Shown piece by piece: positions 53,321-61,720 of a DNA stretch of 64,000 nucleotides. The translations under genes were made by a program, and so were the position numbers. The notes beneath the pieces were generated by a model. It worked only from the letters and a program-made list of their open reading frames with translations. It did no database searches and was not told the DNA's origin. Position 1 is the stretch's first letter, and each line of letters starts with the position of its first letter. This DNA comes from Basidiobolus meristosporus CBS 931.73 (lineage: Eukaryota; Fungi; Basidiobolomycota). The stretch lies in NCBI GenBank assembly GCA_002104905.1, contig MCFE01000469.1, positions 1-64,000 on the forward strand, read 5' to 3'.

Positions 53321-54244
53321 ATGACTTACTCATCTGAATGGCCTTTTCTCATCAATCCCATCACTACCACTGGACTTCCTTCTGACACACTAGAGGAGAT
53401 CTATACCAAGTACTGTGGTCCATCTACCCCAATATACTCAAGGAGATCCCTTGTTAAGCTTCTCTGCTATTACAGGAACTATTGCCATACAAGGTTTCAT
53501 CCCACCATCCATGGCAACAAAAGTCCTAGAAGCTTTCATTCCTAGCTGACAGCAATGGAGAACCACCTTGCAGAGGGTATGAATGACTTAGAGCAAGCTT
53601 GGAATACTAAGTTCAGAAGCTCCAATAGACTTCCATATCCCAGAGTGTTCAGCAACAGGTTCCATATAAGAAGTATTTTGGATACCTTCCCAGTGAGGAT
53701 TAGCAGACCTTCTAGAGGGCAGAGGCACTTTTATTCTGGCAAGTACAAGGCACACTGTGTGAAGTTTCATGCACTGTCTGACATTGAGGGTAACATCATC
53801 TGGTTTAGTGGGCCATTTGCTGGAAGTAGGCATGACAAAGCACTCTGGGTAGAGAATCATTCAGAATCCAGTAGAAGGGAAAAATGTATGGCAGACTTAG
53901 CCTATATAGGAGAGGATTGTCAGAGATTGGGATGTATTACAGCTTATAGGAAGCCAAGGAATGGTGTGCTTAGCAGGAAGCAGAAGCTCTACAATGAGAT
54001 ATTTAATCATTACAGAGTAAGGGTAGAGCATACATTTGGATATCTGAAGAGATTCAGCATATTGGCAGGTAAATACAGAGGAAAGTCATATATAGGTGAA
54101 AACAGCAGAATAGGTAAAATAGTTAAGATACTTATTAATGCACAGTATGTTCATACAAGAAGACATCCACTGAGAGAAATATGTCTGGAGCATTATGAAG
54201 AGCAAATAAAGCAAGGAAAGCACTATTCTGAGCAACATAAGTAA
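53321..54244 (+). pseudogene. DDE_Tnp_4 (Harbinger/IS5-like) transposase with one in-frame TAG at 53543
   Basis: ILDTFPVRISRP..FYSGKYKAHCVK..GPFAGSRHD..MADLAYIG..YNEIFNHYRVRVEHTFGYLKRFSIL; copy B has CAG at the stop position. Confidence 0.93.
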
Positions 54245-54522
54245 GATTGAGTAAAATTACCAGTAACTGTATCATACCACTGGCATCATGGTAGAAACTA
54301 TAGTGCCAGATAGTGCCATAGAGTGCCAGATTGATCCGGCAACATAAACAGGCTGGCACTATGTGGCACTATCCAACGGAACAAGTCTATTATCTGCTCA
54401 TCCTGTTTCTGGACTATTTCCTGATTTCTCTGGGCCATTGCATCTATCCTATCAGCCACTGCACCTAACTGCTTCATTAAGGCTTTGGTATGAGCTGACA
54501 ACATACTTGCTAATATGGGCGG

Positions 54523-55593
54523 TGTAGTGGGGTGAGAGTGACACCCACTGACAGATGTGCTCATTCCCATATTTTCTACTTCCCTATATCTCTACTACAC
54601 TTATTTTAGTTTTATCCCATTTGTCTTACCCAATCAGTACTATCCCATAAGCCGGTTGACTATCACACCTGCTTACCTTATTGCATCAGTTACCCCTCAC
54701 TTTATATAAGATTACTAGCTATAAGTACTTCTATATTAGGCAAGTACCCGTGCCAGTACCTGTGACATATGATTGACCCGTGTCACCATCCCTACCATTT
54801 CCGTACTATATATGGTATCCCCATGTTACACAGGTTTCAGAATACTGATTCCTGATTGGTTGGATGTGCTATGCCTCTTAGAACCTTCCGGCACCTACTT
54901 AGAACATTCTTAGGTCATTCTGATGTCATTAAGATTTCTATTGATATCCGGAACCTTCTGGAACACCATGATTAGTAATCACTTAGCCGGTAAGAAAAGT
55001 ATATAAGGGAGGCTATCCCTCAGCAATAAATCATCATCCCTTTTATCAATATACCAACTTGTTGATTAGTGTGATCACTGCTACCTGCTGCTACCTGAAC
55101 TTTCAACCCTAGACCACAGGACACTCCCAGGAAACCACGCTGACAGCCAACTGACCTTGGAGGCACTACTTGTGAGGAATACTCAGAGTAGGTATCTTTT
55201 ATTATATTTGATTCTTTCCCAAGTTTGTTCTTGTACAGGCAAAGATACTTTTCTGTCTTTGTAACTATTGAATACAGCTGCATTTTTATCAAGTCCCTGC
55301 TGGTGGAGTGTACAGTTGTTTTGACTTTGGAAGCTTTAGTACATTGTCATCTCAAAGGACGCTGAACCCAGCACATACTTTTGTTAAGACGCCAACTAAG
55401 TTGGGGATTGTAGCTCAATAGATTTCCCTTGACAAGCTTGTGGCTTTATTCCCCTTCACATTAGATTAGAAATAGAACCCAAGTATTCCTAGCAAGCTTT
55501 TGCCAGAGGTTATTGCACCCAGTGAACACCCCACACACAAAACACTTGAGAAGTGTTGGACGTATCTCTCCCTTGGACCTATACACCACCACA
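54523..55593 (+). repeat. Solo LTR of Gypsy A (1071 bp), 4-bp TSD gcgg
   Basis: gcgg at 54519-54522 and 55594-55597; TG..CA ends. Confidence 0.95.
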
Positions 55594-56404
55594 GCGGTGG
55601 TGATGTTATCATGGCTGCTTGCTGGTCTTCAGCTGAGGGTACAACGTTTGCTACATTCTCATCTGCCTGATCATAATAGTCAGCCTGTGGCTCCACAGAG
55701 GTTTTCAGTTGCCTACTTGACTGAGGGCCTGAGGAGTCCGCATTACTACCTTTGATGGGCACACTGTCCACAGGGCCTTTTTTGGATGTAGCCCTGCTTG
55801 TTGCACTGAATGTCAAAGCAAGCTGTTGTCCAACCATTCTTCTGTTGCCATCAGCAGTGGGATTTGGTTGGGAACCAGATGACTTTGCTCTATTTTTTGG
55901 CTGCATATATATGCAAGTGAGTCAAACCAAAGGGGAAATAGTGTTACATATACATGTGTATGTGGTGCCACAACTTTATTTATAATGTTTACTATGGCAG
56001 GTCATCATTGAATCTTACATTCATATAGGTGTATTGTCTCAAATACAAGGCTGTCTTAAGCTCACATGAGCATTGACCAAAAAGTGGCATAATAGCATTA
56101 CATTGCTGAAGGTCAAACTGTTTGCCCCATGGAAAAGACTACTTTGACTCAACACTGCAAGAGAACAGAAAAAAGACCATGTGGCTATTGTGGCAAGCCT
56201 CTCAGCCATGAAGCATGCAGACAGCATAGGAAGTATTACAAGGATCATAGCCAGTGTTTTGCCACCCAAGTTATATTTGACCATTCATTGGTGACTACTC
56301 ACCAACATTATCTTGCCAGCCAGTTGATACTTCTATATTGGCACCTGGCTGTCTTTGTCACCTTGTGCAAACTGAGTCAGGTGAGCTTGTGACACCTTTA
56401 GGCT

Positions 56405-56753
56405 TGTTGTAAAAATTTGTATTTCCACCTAAATATTCACCTAACTTAGTCACTTAGATCATCACCTTCAAATCCTAGAGAATACTGACCAAATTCCTTG
56501 TTGGGATTTACTTAGAATATTTTCACCAAAATACCGGGTACCCAGAACATGAAAATTCTCAAAGTTGTCCAAACAGCCCCAAACTTTGCACACATGTTCT
56601 TGGGACCTTCCTTAACCTATTCTACGTGTTTGTAATGCCAAGACCAGGTAAAAGTATAAATACCAGTTTTACATTCAATAAATCATTAAGTGAAAAACAC
56701 ACAATCTACTTGTTCTCCAAATCACTTCCAATATCTCCAAGACTCTTACAACA
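56405..56753 (+). repeat. Solo LTR of Copia C (349 bp), 5-bp TSD aggct
   Basis: aggct at 56400-56404 and 56754-56758; the empty site matches T1 near 5755-5770 (rc). Confidence 0.95.
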
Positions 56754-58181
56754 AGGCTCACCTCAGCCTTCTGAATATGGCACTCAGAGTGATAGCTCTG
56801 ACAAAGAAAGTTCACTGATGGATTTTGAGCCTATCTCCCCTAACAACAGTACCATGTATGAGCCCGGTCAAATCCCTATATGCAATGAGACACAATCCAT
56901 TGAAACAAATGCCAAGGATAGTTTATGCAGCCAAGTGAGCTCAGTAATCCATATACTGGTGAATGATGTAATGTTGTGGCTTGAGAGGTGGCATGTTTCC
57001 ACTACTATCAGTAATGGGGGCTTTGAGGATTTATTACTACTTCTTGCCAAAATCATGCCAGGATGCAACTTACCATGTACATGGTATAAGTGGACAACTG
57101 TCATGCAGCTGGCAACATATGATCTAAAGACTGTCCTGGTTCCCACATGTGTTAACAATTGCATGACATTTGCATCCAAAAATGCCACCATTGCAACATG
57201 TCCAAACTGTAAGGAACCCACCACCATTGAGGGAAAACATTGTTCACACTGTGGATATATTCCAGTCATACCCTTGCTGAGGAAGCTGATGCAGTCCAAC
57301 AAATATTGCAAAGCTATACAGTACTGCACTCAGTATCAATCAAGTGCAAACATATCCAATATGTTTGATGGCAAATATTACAAATGGCTAAGAAGCAAGG
57401 GCTACTTTGAAGGTATGTATGACCATGCCTTTGCTTTAGCACTTGATGGATTCTCATCAGACAAGTACTCTACCAGCCAATCCTGCTGGCCACTGATTCT
57501 CATTATTCTGAATCTGCTGATCAACTTATGGTATCAGAGCAATAATCTGATGGTAGTCTCACTGGTATCTGGGCCTAAATCACCATCCAACCTGGATAGC
57601 TACCTGTATCCATTGCTGGATGAATTTTGTATGCTTTCCAGCAGGATATCAGTAAATGGCTGTCATGTAAAAGCGCATATTATTATCTGCATTGGAGATA
57701 CCCCAGCCATCAGCAAGAGAGCAGGTTATTCCAGGAACAACAGATGGTATTGCGGTTGAATGTGTGAGATCCCAGGGATTTACTCCATAACTCACACACA
57801 TTATTATTACCCAAGCACCAGCGCTAAGAGCAACATCTTTTCACAGAGAGAACGTACAGAAGACAGCATGTAATTGCAGCAAAGTTGGCAAGCTATAAGC
57901 CATTGGCCAGATTATGGAATCAATTGGAAACCAGAAATACTTAAGATAGATGGTATCTGTTGGAGCAAAAGCTTTCCACTGGGAGCAATGCATTTGCTTT
58001 TCAACAATAGACTTGTTCTGTTGGATAGTGCCACATAGTGCCAGCCTGTTTATAGTGCCAGATCAATCTAGCACTATCTGGCACTATAATTTCTACCATC
58101 ATGCCAGTGGTAGGATATAGTTACTGGTAATTTTACTCAATTATACATATGTTGCTCAGAGTAGTGCTTTCCTTGCTGTAT

Positions 58182-59066
58182 TTACTCTTCATAATGCTCC
58201 GTACACATTTCTCTCAGTGGATGTCTTCTTGTATGAATATACTGAGCATTGATAAGTATCTTAATTATTTTACCTATTCTGCTGTTTTCTTCTGTATATG
58301 ACTTTCCTCTGTATTTACCAGCCAATATGCTGAATCTCTTCAGATATCCAAATGTATACTCTATCCTCACTCTGAAATGATTAAATATCTCATTGTAGAG
58401 CTTCTGCTTCCTGCTAAGCACATCATTCCTTGGCTTCCTATAAGCTGTAATACATCCTAATCTCTGACAATCCTCTCCTATATAAGCTATGTCTGTCATA
58501 CATTTCTCTGCTCTACTGAATTCTGGATGATACTCTACCCAGAGTTCTTTGTCATGCCTACTTCCAGCAAATGGCCCACTAAACCAGATGATGTTACCCT
58601 CAATGTCAGACAGTGCTTGAAAGTTCACACAGTGTGCCTTGTACTTGCCAGAATAAAAGTGCCTCTGCCCTCTAGAAGGTCTGTTAATCCTGACTGGGAA
58701 GGTATCAAAAAAATTTCTTATATGGAACCTGTTGATGAACACTCTGGGATATGGAAGTCTATTGGAGCCTCTAAACTTAGTACTCCAAGCTTGCTCCAAG
58801 TCATGCATACCCTTTGCAAGGTGGTTCTCCATTGCTGTCAGCTGAGAATAAAAGCTTCTAGGACTTTTGTTGCCATGGATGGTGGGATGAAGCCTTGTAG
58901 GTCAATAGTTCTTGTAATAGCAGAGAAGCTTAACAAGGGATCTCCTTGAGTATATTGGGGTAGATGGACCACAGTACTTGGTATAGATCTCCTCTAGTGT
59001 GTCAGAAGGAAGTCCAGTGGTAGTGATGGGATTGATGAGAAAAGATCATTTGGATGAGTAAGTCAT
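58182..59066 (-). pseudogene. DDE_Tnp_4 transposase of P copy B
   Basis: 216-aa ORF 58182-58832 is nearly identical to copy A; early TGA after MTYSSK and a premature TAA at the end. Confidence 0.92.
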
Positions 59067-59418
59067 ATTAAAGTTGGAAAAGATTGTGCTGAGATCATTT
59101 GAGTTGATTTGGTGCAATCAGCTTTATTTATCTGATTTTCCATGCATTATGATTAAATCTCCATCAATTGCCATGTATCTCATCATTATGGTGCAAAAAT
59201 TATCTTCAAACAATGACTGAGTATTTTTATTGATGTTTTACTTACAAGTCTATAATCAAATAGGAAATCTGCAATAGATGTGATCTGATTTGTGTCAATG
59301 CAATCTAAGATGCATCATGCATAATATATGAAAAATTCAACAATCACATTAGTTTTCATATATATTTCATATAAGACCAGGTTGATGCCAATACACCACT
59401 GTATAAGTATCCAAATCA

Positions 59419-60650
59419 GTGACTATAGTCCTTATACCCAGTCTGAACTCATCTTTAGTTCAACCCAGACAAAACCCATTCCCCAGCTCACAAGCATGGA
59501 CCAGACCAGAAAAAGCAATGTTGGATCCTTTTGAGTTCTTGCCAAATGATTTCAGTATGGCCCAAGTGTCTATGATGAGCCTTCATACAGATATTTGGGC
59601 ACTACCCATTAATCTAGCAGAACTAGATACCTCAGAGAGTTGACAGAGATGGAAGAACCTGAGTAGAAAGCTGTGGCATGAGTTCTACATCAAGATGCCA
59701 GCAGATGTATGTAAGAAGATATATAACAAGACAAGTATTGAAATCAAGAATGAGCTGAGAGTAAGGGGATTTGATGAGGAAGCCATGCAGGAACAATTTT
59801 GCATGCAATTTGCACAGTATGGGCCAGATGCGTCCGTTTGTGCCTCAACTTTGGGAACCAAAGAGAATTTGAATTAGTTTCTGCCTCAATTGACTAATGT
59901 ATAAAATGATGTATTAGTAGAGCTAAGTGGCTTCCAAGAGCAATATACACAGGACTCATCCAGGCAACTGTTGCAAAGTATTAGACAGAGGGTAAGTGAA
60001 TACCTTGAGGAATCAGAAGGTGAGCTTCAAGAGGAGGAATACAGACCGCAAGCAACATTGTCTAGATTGCACCAGCACACCTTGCTGGATTCCTTACCAT
60101 CCCTTGCAACTTCACTGTGCCAGCGCACGTCAGTCCAAAATACGTCAACACCCTTCACAAGGGCACCCCACATTGACCCAATGCATATTGGGTCAACACG
60201 CATGCTTCAGAGCAAAACCACCAGTACCTGCCAAACTGCTCAAAAAGATACAAGTCCATTGGAGTGGGCCAAGTTGAGTCAACAAGCAGCATCACATCAA
60301 ACTCAGCCAAGGGCCATGCCAGTGCATCAAGTTGTGTCTGCATGTGCCATTACACCTGACCATCAGCAAGCTTCTTCTGGTGAACTGATGGATGATGACC
60401 CACAGGAAGTGCCTCCACCACCAGAGCCTTAGGCAAGTAAAAGAATGTGCCACCGTGTAGCACTGCAGGCCAGCTCAGTTGCATCATCTGGAGCAATTCA
60501 GCATGGCCAAGCTGCAGCATTGCACTCATCAACTAGGAGGAAAAATACCAAGAGGATAGTCAGCAAGAAAGTAGTTTAGGTGTGCCAAGTGAATCAATAC
60601 CAAATGCTTCAGTAGTAATCCCTGTGAGAGAAAAGCCTAGGAGAGGATGA
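59419..60650 (+). pseudogene. ORF2 of P copy B
   Basis: ORFs 59419-59643, 59695-59877 and 59971-60432 are collinear with copy A ORF2. Confidence 0.65.
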
Positions 60651-61720
60651 TGCAATTACATTGAATTGCTATTATTTGTAAAGATCCAAACAATGCATTT
60701 TTTTTTGCAATCTGCATCAAGCCATTGCAAATCAGTGATCACTAAATTTTTGATATAAGCAATATTAAGGTTGTCTCAAATTTGAGACAGGACCCCTATA
60801 AATATACACCCTGCATATGTATACATCATCTGTGGCACCAGTGCAGCCATTTGATCTGATATGCACCCATACAATGGATTGCATGCTAGCTATGACACCT
60901 TGTCCAATCACTAGGATCAGGGACTCACTTGCTTAATGGACAAAATGGGATATTTGAAGGCAAATCAGGTAACTTGTGTGTTGGTCAAGGAGCCAATTGG
61001 GGGCTGTAAGTTTCTGGATACTCTTGGACCAATTAACCACTGAGATACCATCCAATTGGAGTGATGGTAACCAAAATGGTAAGTATCAGTGTAGTTTATA
61101 GTGTGATACGCATTGATTTCCATTTACATTAAAGAAACATATCCAAATACCAGATTTTATCTACCTTAATAGCAGTATCCAATTGTGCATGTAGTGCAAA
61201 CATTACAAGTGGGCACAATCATTTGTGCCATCCTCATTGTGTCAGATTGTGCCATAGTGTGCAAGATGGTCCCTCATGGTGCAAAATTGTCCAAGAGCAA
61301 TCCTGCCTACTGGTAGCTACAATATTGCACCCAATTGTTCTTAGAGACCGCAGATTGCGCTGCACGCCCTGGCATGGTACAATGGAACAAGTCTAATATC
61401 CCTATACTGATGACCAAGTTATACATAGGGCATTTCAAGCTTAATGAGCTGATTGAGATACTGGAGAAATTTGAATGAATTGGCAATATATTACAGAGTA
61501 TCCACTATCCGCAGTACTTCTCATGGGCTCCAATGAATATTCATACACATATGCAACAATACAAATACAAAGACTGGATGAGCTGGATATGAATTCATTC
61601 AAGTGGTTTTCTGAAGCCATTCCTACCAAGAGTATATGGGAAGCATTGGGAGTCATACGTGGACACTGTATGAATATTTATTAAGAAGAGGATCACCCAT
61701 GCCAACTTGACACATCTACA

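Larger units (their letters stand above)
50986..54388 (+). mobile_element. PIF/Harbinger-superfamily (PHIS) transposon P, copy A, complete (3403 bp), TSD att
   Basis: Perfect 11-bp TIR agacttgttcc / ggaacaagtct; att at 50983-50985 and 54389-54391; the empty site matches T1 7010-7030 (rc). Confidence 0.95.
49420..55906 (-). pseudogene. ORF2 of T2, split by solo LTR A and P copy A
   Basis: 55906-55594 (MQPKNRAK..ITSPP), 54522-54389 (..QKQDEQII), 50985-49935 (CVEQSIFQVEK.., 324-aa ORF), then C-terminal pieces to 49420. Confidence 0.75.
58009..61394 (-). mobile_element. P element copy B, complete (3386 bp), TSD aat
   Basis: TIRs agacttgttc / gaacaagtct; aat at 58006-58008 and 61395-61397; the empty site matches T1 4500-4525 (rc). 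Confidence 0.95.
49299..61720 (+). mobile_element. Family T copy T2, carrying four nested insertions; transposase-side end missing
   Basis: Terminus ccctatgaaaaatt at 49299; ORF2 (-) and transposase (+) are divergent with a spacer of about 220 bp (55906-56129). Confidence 0.85.
56129..61720 (+). pseudogene. tnp2-family transposase of T2, split by solo LTR C and P copy B
   Basis: CGYCGKPLSHEACRQH; CVNNC..CPNC; LALDGF..WPLILIILNL..GPKSPSNLDSYLYPLLDE..GDTPAISK (ORF 56626-57759); resumes at 61398 (FKWFSE). Confidence 0.9.

Noticed and set aside
53543-53545. TAG in P transposase copies A and C as a recoding or intron signal
   Set aside because: Copy B has CAG at this position and I see no convincing splice sites; most likely a C->T lesion.
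51098-54371. Regularly spaced short repeats as a CRISPR-like array
   Set aside because: Units are 7-8 bp with a 10-bp period and no unique spacers; they are subterminal to transposon TIRs and there are no cas genes.
50981-54393. Alternative 5-bp TSD (tatta) for P copy A
   Set aside because: Copy B flanks (caata / taata) do not support it; a 3-bp TSD with AGAC termini fits both copies.
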